Shown one piece after another: positions 27,108-40,105 of a DNA stretch of 64,000 nt. The stretch lies in the NCBI RefSeq assembly GCF_963921235.1, contig NC_086128.1:13268001-13332000 (forward strand). Direction: 5' to 3'. Both the position numbers and the translations under genes were made by a program. Every line of letters starts with the position of its first letter. Position 1 is the stretch's first letter. The notes beneath the pieces were generated by a model. The model was given only the letters and a program-made list of their open reading frames with translations. It had not been told where the DNA came from and did no database searches. Source of the stretch: Mobula hypostoma. Lineage: Eukaryota.

Positions 27108-27122
27108 CTCTCGGATGGGCAT
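27108..27122 (-). CDS. aqp14: Aquaporin-14-like, coding exon 1 (MPIRE)
   Basis: ATG CCC ATC CGA GAG is followed by a strong GTAAGA donor. Phase 0 joins to ELRSRRFWRS, giving the N-terminus MPIREELRSRRFW. Confidence 0.8.
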
Positions 27123-27229
27123 GCTGCCTGCTGATGGTTCTGTTGCCTGATTCAACTCCAGAGTATTTCTCAGAGCTGTGTCTTTCAACCACAAGGGACC
27201 CCCAAAGAGCTCAAGAGTGGGACAGACCT

Positions 27230-27272
27230 ATTACTTATAAAAGAAACAAATTAATCCATTTAATTCAGCATC
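27230..27272 (-). promoter_or_regulatory. Candidate aqp14 proximal promoter: TATA-like, GGATTA and TGCTGA sites
   Basis: The minus strand reads TGCTGAATTAAATGGATTAATTTG...TTTTATAAG, 110-150 bp upstream of the ATG. Confidence 0.4.
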
Positions 27273-27649
27273 CAGACCTCCTCCTCTGTTTCCACCGCAC
27301 CCACACTCCCCCACCTCGCTAACCTGCATTGATTTGAGGATTGCAGGACCCACACAGTTCAGCTCTGAATAATTCATTATTGCCTGGTTAACATCATCAG
27401 AAATGTTTTATAAAAACAACAACACTGTTTGTGATTAATTATAAATGCTGAGTAATAATTATTATTTTGACAGATTGAGATGAGAAACAATATAAGGAAA
27501 GAAGACCAGGTTCATTGAATATCCTTCTCATCCACTTGCACAAGTTCTTACTACATCTCTCTTTCCCCACCAAAAATTGACAGTCCTATCACTCTCTCAA
27601 CTCGCGCCCATTCACAGCACATCACCAGAGGACCCCCAAGTATTTTTCT

Positions 27650-27925
27650 TCATCCCCTTTATCTCTTCCACCAATCACCTCCCAGCTTCTTAGTTTATCC
27701 CCACTCCCCCACTCACCCACAAACCCACCTTCCCCCTCACCTGGTCTCACCTATCACCTGCCATCTTGTACTCCTTCCTCTCCCCCAACCTTCTCATTCT
27801 GGCTTCTGCCCCCTTCCTTTCCAGTCTTGATGAAGGGTCTCGGCCCGAAACATCGGCTCTTTATTCCTCTCCATAGATGCTGCCTGGCCTGCTGAGTTCC
27901 TCCAGCATTTTGTGTGTGTTGCAGA
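27650..27925 (+). mobile_element. Penelope pLTR fragment, degenerate hammerhead
   Basis: C-rich tract, then TTGATGAAGGGTCTCGGCCCGAAACATC. Similar decayed copies lie near 2800-2905, 7343-7441, 13240-13375, 24820-24935 and 48622-48712. Confidence 0.7.
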
Positions 27926-28307
27926 GTCTCTTGCAAACTCCAAATATTGCCAAGAGTGTGTCTATGCTCTGTCATTTACATCCCATTGACTTAAACATGT
28001 CTTCTCACTGGGATCCCTATTGGTATTGGTGGATAATGCTGCAATTAGTCTCTTGGATGTTACTTGCACCTCTTACATAAGCATATTCAGAGACACCAAC
28101 ACCGTCCAAACAAACTTCTGCCTTCACGGTGACACCAGGCTTGATCTACTATCAGCAGGAAACAAGACTTGATGCCACCAATCAGGTAGGTGAACTCTTA
28201 GGAGAAGGTCCTCCATCCCTCATCCCTGCTTGCTTAGACATTGGAGGAGATGTTATTTTGCATATGGCCTCCAGGATACAAACCAGTGCAACACAGAGAG
28301 AAGGGAA

Positions 28308-28575
28308 CACTAGCATAGCAGTTAGTGCAACACTAACACAGTTCTGGGTGTTGGGATTCGGAGTTCAATTTCGGTGCCGTCTGTAAGGAATTTACATCCT
28401 TCCTGTGACTGCGTGGGTTTCCTCCCGGAGTCCAAAAGCGTGCTGGTTAGTAGGTTAATTGGTCATTGTGAATTATGCTGTGATTAGGCTAGGGTTAAAT
28501 AAGTGGGTTTCTGGGTAGGACAGCTCATGTGGTCAAAGGACTTGTTCCATGCTGTACCTCTACATTAAATAAAAG
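28308..28575 (+). mobile_element. tRNA-derived V-SINE (HE1-like)
   Basis: A/B-box-like head and CTGCGTGGGTTTCCTCC V-domain. Confidence 0.72.
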
Positions 28576-28632
28576 AAAGAATCCACATTTTGTGCACCTT
28601 TCCTGACTTCACAACACCCCAAAGCACTTCAT

Positions 28633-28970
28633 CATCATCATTATGTTCCGTGTCTATAACGTAGGCGATCATGGTCTCATGATTGTTCTTGGCAAATTTT
28701 TCTACCGAAGTGGTTTGTCATTGCCTTGTTTCTGGGCGGTGTCTTTACTAGATGGGTGACCCCAACCATTATCAATACTCTTCAGAGATTATCTGCCTGG
28801 CGTCAGTGGTCGCATAACCATGGTCCCATGGCTTCACGTGACCCTGATCGGGGGTGGGGGATGGGTTAAGCAGGAGCTACACCTTGCCCAAGGGTGACCT
28901 GCAGGCTAGTGGAGGGAAGGAGCACCTTATATCGCCTTTGGTAGAGACGTATCTCCACCCTGTCATCCCA
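28633..28970 (-). mobile_element. Short RTE-related interspersed element with TSD
   Basis: TSD AAAGCACTTCAT at 28621-28632 and 28971-28982. AGGCAATGACAAACCACTTC resembles an RTE/BovB-type motif. (TGA)n tail. Confidence 0.7.
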
Positions 28971-29329
28971 AAAGCACTTCATATCCCCTTTTAAAATCTA
29001 TTCACTATTGCACACAGCAAGCTCCCACAGACCGTGAAACTATCATGACAAGATAGTGATGTTGGTGACAAAGTAGCTATTAGCCAAGATTCCAGGAAGA
29101 GATTCCCTGCCTTCCTTCAAAGTGGCCCAGGATCTTTTGCATTCGGCTGAGAGGATACATGGGAAGATTGGCTAAACATCTGATCAAAAGGACAATTGCG
29201 GAGCAATTTCTCCATGCTTGCACATACTAATCACACGATACCGTAGCATGTGCATGGTGTCAATCACTATTGTCAGTTATTCTGTGCTCTGCTAGTGTTA
29301 ACCTCAGCAATAATGGGTTATTACCAGCC

Positions 29330-29880
29330 GGCTTAGCGAACAGAGCGGTGGCCACGCCTGCTGAAACCCGGAGGAAAACACACAGAGAGGGATCACAAAG
29401 CCGAGGAAAGAGAACAGAGACTTATGGAGAAGAGGAGTTCGGTGGGTAATACCGTTCCGGCTGACCGGAAGTGCACTGAGAGCGGTAAGCGTAAAGGAGT
29501 TGAGTGCTTACTGATCTGGTTAACAACGGATGGTGCAATCCGGGCCATATTATGATCGAGGAACGTGTTTGCAGACTGGATATTGAACTTTTTACTGTTG
29601 GACTTTGGCCATATTCCACCGTGATACAACACTAGGCGGCACGGGAGGTCGTTCCTGCCTGTGGCCATCGAACTTGCAGCTCCTCCTGTCGAGGGTCAGA
29701 CACCCTGAGCCAATAGACTGGTCCTGGACTTATTTTCCATCTGGCATAGTTTGCATTTTGGTGTTTGATTGTTGGGGTTTTTTGTATTGCTATATTTATG
29801 CTCTATTCTTGGTTGGTGCGGCTGTAACGAAACTCAATTTCCCTCGGGATCAATAAAGTATATCTATCTATCTATCTATC
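29330..29880 (+). mobile_element. Internally deleted Rex1-like LINE (endonuclease piece fused to 3' end) with (TATC)n tail
   Basis: ADRKCTESGKRKG.. endonuclease-like segment, then RSFLPVAI, AATAAA and a TATC repeat. Confidence 0.6.
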
Positions 29881-32045
29881 TTATGAGGTTATTGAACTGA
29901 ACTGTGCAAGTCCTTCAACCTTTAATATCTTTTTCAAATCAATGCAGGTTTGCGAGTTGGGTGAGGTGTGGGGTGGGGTGGGGTGGTGAGGTAGCAAAGG
30001 AGGAAGAGGTTTGGATGCTTTCAAAATTCTCCACAGTGCCAAATTTTGGAACTGCGGCACACCCAACACACGCAGCCAAGGACAAACCTTGAATGCGCTC
30101 CATCAGTTCTGTGCTGGGAGCGTCAGCTGTGATTTTCTTGCTGAGCTCTCAGGAATGGGATCTGAAGTCCAAACCCTGAGCTGAGAGTGCAGCCACATGT
30201 TGCGAGCAATCACGTGGATGGTGAGTGTACTGGCTGCCGATGTGCTTTGGTCACACACGTTAGTTTCCCAGGAGCTCTGTACGTACGGCTGGACATGCCA
30301 GAAGCCGGGCCGTTGCAGGGTCGTGGGGCGTGTCGGGTTGGACACCGGACAGATCAGACATAAAGAACTGGGACAGTCAATGTTGAGGTGGAATCTGAGC
30401 ACAGATTGGACAATAGAGGTTGTTAACACAGAAGCAGACTGCTAACTGTAGCGTGTGGCATCCCACTGTGGCTGCATCAAAAAAAATATTTTTTTTTCCC
30501 CTGCCAATTGTGCCAAGGGGTGCATGGGACACTTGCCCTCATCAGCTGTGGCACAGAATACTAGAGCATTATGTTTCAACTTTATAAAGCATTATTTGGC
30601 CCACTCTTGGAGCACAATGTGCTGTTGCTCGCCACACTATAGGCAGGGCAAGATGGCACTGAAGAGGGTAGAGAAGATTCAAAAGGTTGTTGAATGGGAT
30701 GGAGTGTTTTACTTAAGAGGAGAGATTGGTGATGTTGGGCCTGTTTCTCCTGAAGCAGAGGCAGCTGAGGGAGAACCTGTTAGAGAAATACAAAATCATG
30801 AAGAGACTTAGAGTCTTGGTAAGCATTGGCATGTCAAGGATTGTAAATGACAGAGTAGATAAGAATCTTTTTCCCTTGGTGGGTATGTCTAATGACTCTT
30901 TATGACATTCTTTGATCTGCTCTACTGTGGTAATCCATTTGAAGCTGGCATTGCCTTGGTGTGACTGCCCGCTCCCTCCTACCGTCTGTAATTCTGTCGT
31001 GTATGCCGAAGCGGTTCTAAGATGATTACAGCAGCAATGGTAATGTGAAGATGGAGCTGAAAGTGCAGCCTTCCACTCTCCACAAGGTTGCCATGGTCAG
31101 GTGGCTAAAAACTCATAAGTGAGAACCCTTCAACGGAGAAAATTGGACTGAAATGTAGATTTACGACTAAACCTCGAAAAGATGTACCGTTTTCCCCAGC
31201 TGAAAACAAATGACACAGGCATTTCTCTTGAAGCAAATGAACCCATGATCAGCATTTGATCCATTCTCTGCTTAAATCACGTGATGCGAAACACTGGGAG
31301 CTCACAACAAAAAGTTCTCCATTGGGAGGAGCAGTTCTTTCCAAGTGCAGGGTGCGGAGGTCAGTTTGAGCAGGAACCAGAAATGGCATTGTTGAGTGGT
31401 CAGGAATGGCTCTTTCTCCTTTCCTCTCCTGCTAGTTCAAAACTAGCTAAGCACTCCACCCAAGTAGGTGCCCTCCTACCTACCAGCCTGCTTACTCAAA
31501 GTGAGTAGGTTATTTGCCCTGGAAGTTATCAGTTTAACTCAAACCTGTCCTCAGTCTGAAGCAACATAAACTGCAGCAGGGACAGGGTTTCAGATTTCCG
31601 GATCATTGGGATCTCTTCTGGGAAAGGTTTGGCCTGTACAACAGGGACAGGCTACACCTGAACTCCAAGGGGACCAATATCCTTGTGGGCAGGTTTGCTA
31701 GAGTTGTTTGGGAGGGTTTAAACTAATTTGGCAAGGGGAGGGGAACTGGAGTGATAGGGCTGAAGATGAGGTAGTTGGTTTACAAACAGAGACGCTGTGT
31801 AGTGCGACTGCTAGCAAGGAGAGGCTGATGATAGGGCAACATTGCAGTCAACAGGATGAGTTGCAATGTAAAAGGGGGACAAAATTGAAAAGGGTGATGA
31901 ACACAGGACAGTAGGTGCTATATTTGAATGCGCACAGTATACGGAATAAGATAGACAATCTTGTGGTGCTGTTAGAGATGTTGTGGGCATCATTGTGTCC
32001 TGGCTGAAAGAAGATCATAGTTGGGAGGTTAACATCCAAGGACAC

Positions 32046-33744
32046 TGTTATGTTTTGTAACTCCAAAACATAAAAACTAATTGAAAGGAAAACAAAGGAG
32101 TCAAGAATACGAGTCTAATTTTGGTTTTACTTTAAGTGAGGTACACTCGAATCACATGGTAGCGTCATAATGTATGCAATTCACTTATTTTTACATATAA
32201 TCTGTAATGAATTATTTAAATGAACAAGAATGCTTAATCAAACAACATATTTACAAGATTACTCAAATATTGAAATATTAAATACACAACACTCCTCCCT
32301 GCTTAGCTATAAACTCCAACTCAATGGAGAATGCATCTCAACAGTATACACAGTATATTATATAAAACAACTGCTGTATAGACATCCACAGCGTAGTAAA
32401 TTTTAAATTGTCCCATTCAGGCCTAAAGATTTAATCACGGTGGAGGATTTTGTACTCTTGAGGGATAACATCTTTCCTGACACGGGGGTAGGGGGCACTC
32501 TGCTTGCCAGGTGGAACTTGTGGTTGTGAAACAATCTCAGGTTCTGGGGCTGCCTCCGTGCTGGTCGTAGGAGTTAGTTGACTGGAACTGCAGGAAGTGG
32601 TTCTGAAAGGTCTGGACACCTCTCTTCTCTAACAATTGACTCTGCTCTCCTCAACTGATCAATGTGTTGTCTCCAGATGACACCAGACGCAATCTCCACT
32701 GTAGGACAGTAGTCTAGTTCTGTCCTTAATCTTTCCAATACCCACTTTTGATCACCTCTGTAGTCCCTCACCAGGACTGCTTGTCCAGGAGTGAAACATT
32801 GAACCTCCTTGTTTGAGGAGCATCAATTTGTCTCAGCTGTTTGTCCTGCATACTGCTTCTGAGATTGGGTTTGGGAAGATCCAAGTGTGAGTGCAAATGA
32901 TGACCAGGAACAGCATAGCTGGTGAGTTGTTGGTCATGTAGCATGCTGCATTACGATATGCAAGGAGGAAACTGGTGAGCTTCTGGTTCAGTGTTAGTGT
33001 AGTGTGTTCTGCTGACATTGTGCACAGTATGTTCTCCACACTCTGGATAAACCTTTGCACCAAGACATTTGTAAGCTGGGTGGTATGGTGCAGATGTAAT
33101 CTGTCTTATTCCATTCCTTTTCAAGAATAACTGAAAATGTTCTGCAGCAAACTGTGGTCCATATTGTCACTGACTAAGTGTTCTGGAACACCAGTCCTTG
33201 AGAAGAGGCTTCTCAACACATCAACAGTGAACGAGGCTGTAGTGGAGGCTATTGAGAGCACTTCTGGCCACTTGGTAGCTGCATCCACTGCTATCAAGAA
33301 GTTTGTGCCCATGAATAGTCCAGCAAAATCCACGTGAATCCTCTGCCAGGGTAATGCAGGCCATTCCCAGAGATGGAGAGGCGCTGCTCTTGGCATCTTC
33401 TGGATGTGTTGGCATCCCGAACAGTGCGTGGCAAGTTGCTCGATCTGCTGATCTCTCCCAGGCCAACACTTGCAGGGTTTGAGTCTTGGGTTCATTGCCA
33501 CTGTTGTGTTTTGCAACTCCAAAACATAAAAACCAATTAAAAGAAAAAGAAAAGAGCTGGGAATGTGAAGTCTAACTTCAGTTTTACTTTAGTGAGGCAT
33601 ACTCACACGGTAGCGACATGACTATGCAATTCATTTATTTTTACATATAATCCATAATGAATTATTTAAATGACCAAGAATGCTTAATCAAGCAATATAT
33701 TTACAATATTACTCAAATACTACTGAAATACTAAATCCACAACA
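32046..33744 (-). mobile_element. Internally deleted Ty3/gypsy LTR retrotransposon nested in CR1
   Basis: TG..CA LTRs at 32046-32291 and 33502-33744. TSD GACAC/GATAC. PPT AAGCAGGGAGGAG. Frameshifted integrase remnants (CxxC, WQRIHVDFAG, LVSDN). Confidence 0.88.
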
Positions 33745-36001
33745 GATACACATTATATCGAAAGGAGAGGCAGGTAGGTGGGGGGGGGGGCGCGTGGCTC
33801 TGTTTGTAAAAACAAAATTTAATCTAATCCTTAGAAAGAGCTGACATAGGATCAGAAGGTATTGAATCATTGTGGATAGAGTTAAGGAACTGCAATGGTA
33901 AAAAGGCTCTGATGGGAGTTATACACAGGCCTCTGAACAGTAGCTAAAATGTGGGCTACAGATTACAGCAGGAGATAGAAAATGCATGTCAAAAGTGCAA
34001 TGTTACAATAGTCATGGGAGATTTCAATATGCAGGTAGATTGGGAAAATTAGTTTGGTGTTGGTTCCCAAGAGAGAGAATTTGTAGAGCGCCTATGAGAT
34101 GGCTTTTTAGAGCAGCTTGTGGTTGAGTCCACTAGGAGAACAGCAATTCCAGATAGGATGTTGTGTAATGAACCAGATTTGATTAGGAAGCTTAAAGTAA
34201 AGGAACCCTTAGGAAGCAATGATCATAATATGATAGAATTCACCCTGCAGTTTGAGAGGGAGAAGATAACGTCAGATGTATCACTATTACAGTGGAGTAA
34301 AGAGAATTACAGAGGCATGAGAGAGAAGCTGGCTAAAGTTGTTTGGAAGGGGTCACTGGCAGGGATGACGGCAGAACAGCAGTGGCTGGAGTTTCTGGGG
34401 GCAATTTGGAAAATGCAGGATATATAAATCCCAAAGATGAAGAAGTATTCTAAAGGAAGGATGTGGCAACCTTCGCTGATAAGGGAGGTCAAAGACAGCA
34501 TAAAAGCAAAAGAGAGGGCATATAATATAGCAAAAATTAGTGGGAAGGTAGAGAATTTGGAAGCTTTTAAAAACTACCAGGTGGCAACTAAAAAGCCATA
34601 AAGACAGAAAAGATGGAATATGAAGGTAAGCTAGCTAATAATATTAAAAGGGATACCAAATGTTTCTTCGGATATATAAAGAGTAAAAGAGAGGCAAGAG
34701 TACTGCAAGAAAATGATGCTGGAGAAGTAGTAATGGGGACAAGGAAATGGCGGAGGATCTTCATAAATATTTTGCATCAGTCTTCACTGTGGAAGGCGCT
34801 AGCAGAATGCCAAAATGTGAGTGTCAGTGGCAGAAGTGAGTGTCACTGCTATTATTAAGGAGAAGGTGCTCGAGAAGCTGAAAGGTTTGAAGGTAGATAA
34901 GTCAGCTGGACCAGATAGATTACACCCCAGGGTTCTGAAAGAGGTAGCAGAAGAGATTGTGAAGGCATCAGAAATGATCTTTCAAGAATCACTTGATTCT
35001 GGCATGATTCCGGAGGACTGGAAAATTGCTAATGTCACTCCACTCTTCAAGAAGGGAGGGAGGCAGAAAAAGGAAATTACAGTATATAGGCCTGTTAGCC
35101 TGACGTCAGTGGTTGGGAAGATATTGAAGTCTATTATTAAGGATGAGGTTTCGGGTACTTGGAGACACATGATAAGATAGACCAAAGTCAGTATGGTTGT
35201 CTTTAGGGGAAATGTTGCCTGACAAATCTGTTGAAATTCTTTGAGGAAATAACAGGCAGGATAGACAAAATGGATGTTGTTTATTTGGATTTTCAGAAGG
35301 CCTTTGCCAAGGTGCCACACATGAGGCTGCTTAAAAAGATATGAGCCCATGGTATTACAGGAAAGATACCAGCGTGGATAGAGCATTGGCTGATTGGCAG
35401 GAGGCAAAGAGTGGGAATAAAGGGAGCCTTTTCCGGTTAGCTGGCGGTGACTAGTTGTGTGCCAAAGGGGTCGTTGTTGAGATCCTTTCTTTTCACATTG
35501 CATGTCAATGATTTGGGTGAAGGTATTGATGGCTTTGTAGCCAAGTTTACAGATGATACTAAGATAGGTGGAGGGGCAGGGAGTGTTGAAGCAGCAGGGT
35601 ATCTGCAGAAGGATTTAGACAGATTAGGAGAATTGGCAAAGAAATGGCAGATGGAATACAATGCAGGGAAGTGTACGGTCATGCACTTCAGCAGAAGGAA
35701 TAAAGGCATAGACTATTTTCTAAGTGGGGAGAAAAGTCAAAAGTCAGAGCTGCAGAGGGACTTGGGAGTCCTTGTGTAGAATTCCCTAAAGGTTAATTTG
35801 CAGGTTCAGTTGGTAGTAAGGAAGGCAAATGTGATGTTAGCATTCATTTCAAGAGGACTAGAATACAAAACCAAGGATGTAATGCTGAGGCTTTGTAAGG
35901 CATTGGTCAGACCACACTTAGAATATAGTGAGCCGTTTTGGGCCTCTCATCTAAGAAAAGATGTGGTGGCTTGGAGAGGGTCCAGAGGAGGTTATTAAGA
36001 A

Positions 36002-38319
36002 AACACTCATAACATGCTGGAGGAACTCAGCAGGTCAGGCAGCATCCGTGGAAAAGATTGGTCGATGTTTCGGGCTGGAACCCTTCGTCAGGACTGTAGA
36101 GGGAAGGGGCAGAGTCCCTATAAAGAAGGTGGGGGGAGGGTGGGAAGGATGGTAGGTTCCAGGTGAAAAACCAGTAAGGGGAAAGATAAAGGGGTGGAGG
36201 AGGGGAAGCAGGGAGGTGATAGGCAGGAAAGGTGAAGGAGGAATAGGGGAAAACACAATGGGTAGTAGAAGGAGGCGGAACCATGAGGGAGGTGGTAGGC
36301 AGCTGGGGGAGGGGCAGAGTGACATAGGGATAGGGGAAGGGAGGGGAAGGGAATTACCGGAAGTTGGAGAATTCTATGTTCATACCAAAGGGCTGGAGAC
36401 TATCTAGACGGTATATGAGGTGTTGCTCCTCCAACCTGAGTTTAGCCTCATCATGGCAGTAGAGGAGGCCATGTATGGACATATCTGAATGGGAATGTGA
36501 AGCAGAGTTGAAGTGGATGGCTACTGGGAGATCCTGTCTGTTGTGGCGGACGGAGTGGAGGTGCTCGACGAAGCGGTCCCCCAACCTGCGTCGGGTTTCA
36601 CCGATGTAGAGGAGGCTGCGCCTGGAGCACCGGATGCAATAGATGACCCCAACAGACTCACAAGTGAAGTGTTGCCTCACCTGGAAGTACTGTTTGGGGC
36701 CCTGAATGGTGGCAAGAGAGGAGGTGTAGGGACAGGTGTAGCACTAACGCTTACAGGGATAAGTGCCAGATGGGAGATCCATGGGGAGGGACGTGTGGAC
36801 CAGGGAGTCGCGGAGGGACCGATCCCTGCGGAAGGTGGAGAGGGGTGGAGAGGGAAAGATGTGCTTAGTGGTGGGGTCCTGTTGAAGGTGGCGGAAGTTG
36901 CGGAGGATAATGTGCTAGATCCGGAGGCTGGTGGGGTGGTAGGTGAGGACAAGGGGAGCTCTGTCCCTGTTGTGGTGGCGGGAGGATGGGGTGAGAGCCG
37001 AAGTGTGGGAAATGGAGGAGATGTGGGTGAGGGCATCATTGATGACAGCAGAAGGGAAACAATGATCCCTGAAGAAAGAGGACTTTTGAGATGTCCTGGA
37101 ACGGAAAACCTCATCCTCGGAGCAGATGCGGCGGAGACGGAGGAAGTGGGAATAGGGAATGGCATTTTTGCATGTGGTGGGGTGGGAAGAGGTATAGTCG
37201 AAGTAGTTATGAGAGTCAGTGGGCTTGTAGAAGATGTCAGTGGACAGTCTGTCTCCAGGGATGGAGACCGAGAGATCGAGAAAGAAGAGAGAAGTGTCCG
37301 AGATAGACTAAGTGAATTTGAGGGCTGGGTGGAAGTTAGAAGTAAAGTCGATGAAATTGACGAGCTCAGCATGGGTGCAGGAAGCAGCACCAATGTAGTC
37401 GTCAATGTAGTGAAGGAAGAGTTGGGGAGCAGTACCAGAATAGGTTTGGAGCACCGACTGTTCCACATAACCAACGAAGAGGCAGGCATAGCTAGGGCCC
37501 ATGCGAGTTCCCATAGCTACACCCTTGGTCTGAAGAAAGTGGGAAGAGCCAAAAGAGAAGTTATTGAGTGTGAGAACCAGTTCCGCCAACCGGAGGAGGG
37601 TAGTGGTGGTGGGAAATTGGTGAGGTCTATTATCCAGAAAGTAGCGGAGGGCTTTGAGGCCTTCTTCATGGGGGATGAAACCCGACGCAGATTGGGGGAT
37701 CGCTTCGTCGAGCACCTCCGCTCCGTCCGCCAAAACAGACAGGATCTCCCAGTAGCCACCCACTTCAACTCTGCTTCCCACTCCCATTCAGATATTTCCA
37801 TACATGGCCTCCTCTACTGCCATGATGAGGCTAAACTCAGGTTGGAGGAGCAAAACCTCATATACCGTCTAGGTAGTCTCCAGCCCCTTGGTATGAACAT
37901 AGAATTCTCCAACTTCCGGTAATTCCCTCCCCCTCCCTTCCCCTATCCCAGTTTCACTCTGCCCCCTCCCCCAGCTGCCTACCACCTCCCTCATGGTTCC
38001 GCCTCCTTCTACTACCCATTGTGTTTTTCCCTATTCCTTCTTCACCTTTCCTGCCTATCACCTCCCTGCTTCCCCCCCCCTCACCCCTTTATCTTTCCCC
38101 TTACTGGTTTTTCACCTGGAACCTACCAGCCTTCTCCTTCCCACCCTCCCCCCACCTTCTTTATAGGGCCTCTGCCCCTTCCCTCTACAGTCCTGATGAA
38201 GGGTTCCGGCCCAAAATATCGACTGATCGTTTCCACGGATGCTGCCCGACCTGCTGAGTTCCTCCAGCGTGTTGTGAGTGTTTGCTCTGACCCCAGCATC
38301 TGCAGATTATTTTGTGTTT
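36002..38319. mobile_element. Penelope-like element: inverted RT/GIY-YIG/pLTR segment plus forward GIY-YIG end/pLTR, nested in CR1
   Basis: TSD GAGGTTATTAAGAA at 35988-36001 and 38320-38333. Minus strand encodes GVAMGTRMGPSYA, YIDD and VIYCIRC..LLYIGETRRRLGDRFVEH, with an in-frame TAG at 37308-37310. Inverted arms are ~600 bp. Confidence 0.92.
36061..36094 (-). ncRNA. Minimal hammerhead motif in the Penelope pLTR
   Basis: GTC-CTGACGA-AGGGTTCCAGCCC-GAAA-CATC-GAC. Confidence 0.7.
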
Positions 38320-38974
38320 GAGGTTATTAAGAATGACCCCAGGAATGAAAGGGTTAACATATGAGGTGCATTTGATAGCTCTGGGCCTGTACTCACTGGA
38401 GTTTATAAGAATGTGGGGAATCTCATTGCAACCTAGTTAATATTGAAAGGCCTCGATAAAGTGGATATGGAGAAAATGTTTCTACAGAGGGGGAGTCTAG
38501 GACCAGAGGGCACAGCCTCAGAATTGAGGGATGTCCATTTAGAACATTCTTTAGCCAGAGGGTAGTGGAAAAATTTCTTTAGCCAAAGGGTAGTGAATCT
38601 GTGGAATTCTTTGCCACAGATGGCTTTGCAGGCCAAGTTACTGGTTACATTTAAAGTGGAGGTTGATAGGTTGTTGATTAGTGAGGATGTCAAAGGTTAC
38701 TGGAAGAATGCAGGAAAATGGGTTTGAGAGGGATGATAAATCAGCTATGATGAAATGACGGTGCAGACTTGATGGGCCGAATGGTCTTATGGTAAGCCAT
38801 TGGTGAAGATATGAATGTTGAGCTTTGCTGCGCAGTATTATAGAGTTGTTAGGCATACTATGAGGCTACTTGGCCCATCGAGTTCATGCCAGCTCCAAGT
38901 AGAGCAACCCTACTAGTCCCATTCCTTGCCCTTTTCCCTTGACATTGCAAAGTGTCTATGCACTTCCCTTTTCA

Positions 38975-40105
38975 GAATCTGCTGTATTGTCACTGACATA
39001 TGTCGTACAATTTGTTGTTTTGCAGCAGCAGTATAGTGCAAAGACATAGAAATTACTGCAAGTTACAATAAATAATTTGTGCAAAAGAGGAATAGTGAGT
39101 TTGTATTCATGGGTTCAGAATCAGGATCAGGTTTAACATCACCAGCATATGCCATGAAATTTGTTGTCTTAGTAGCAGTAGTACAATGCAATACATAATA
39201 ATAGAGAAAAATGTGAAGTATCTATGATCCGGGTGATGGATGCTTCCTTTTTGAGGCATCATTCCTTGAAATTGTCCTGGATACCACGGAAGCCAGTGTC
39301 CATGATGGACCTGACTAACTTTATAACTCTACAGATAATTTTGAACCTGTGTAGTGCCTCCCCACCCCCATACCAGACGCTGATGCAGCCTGTTCAAATG
39401 CTCTCCATGGTACATCTGTAGAAATTGTCAAGTGTTTTTGGTGACATTCCAAATCTCCTCAAACTCCTAATGAAATATAGCCGCTGTTGTGTCTTCTTTA
39501 TAGCTGTATCGATGTGTTGGGTCCATGATCGATCCTCAAGGATATTTGACACCCAGAGGAACTTAAAATGGCTTATGCTTTCCACTTCTGATTTTTCTAT
39601 GAGGATTGGTGCGTGTTGTCTTGTCTTACCTTTTCTGAAGTCCACAAACAATTCTTTGAGTGCAAGGTTGTTGCTACACCACCTGACCAGCTGATACATC
39701 TCGTTCCTGTACGGTCCCTCATCACCATCTGAAATTCTGCCAATAGTTGTATTGTCAGTAAATTTATGGATAGTATTTGAGTTGTGCCTAGCCACACATT
39801 AGTGAGTGTACAGAGAATAGAGCAGTGGGCTAAGCACACACCCCTGAGGTGCACCAGTGTTGATCGTCAGTGAGGTAGTGATATCATTTCTGATCCACAC
39901 AGACTGTGGTCTGATTAGGAAGTTGGGGATCCAGTTGCAGAGAGAGGTACAGAGGCCCAGATTCTGTAGCTTGTTGATCAAAACTGTGGAATGGTGTGTT
40001 AACCGCTGAGCTGTAGTCAATAAACAGCATCCTGACATAGGTATTTGTATTGTCCAGGTGATCCAGGCTGCGTGAAGAGCCAATGAGATTACACTAACAA
40101 TTGGG
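38975..40105 (-). mobile_element. Rex1/Babar-like LINE fragment(s)
   Basis: [39 protein letters not shown]. Related 3' fragments lie near 2980-3350, 25815-26140, 40495-41090, 44140-44460 and 46080-46610. Confidence 0.78.

Larger units (their letters stand above)
31560..38795 (+). mobile_element. Long degenerate CR1 LINE hosting the LTR and Penelope insertions
   Basis: End of ORF1, endonuclease (LGSNDHNMIEF), RT (NVTPLFKKG, YRPVSLTS, KFTDDTK, LVRPHLEY), 3' tail near 38790. Confidence 0.88.

Noticed and set aside
36513-37922. 469-aa plus-strand ORF, the longest in the window
   Set aside because: It is the codon-aligned antisense of the C-rich Penelope RT/EN, joined in frame by the inversion to the true GIY-YIG C-terminus. 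Best explained by codon bias, not a gene.
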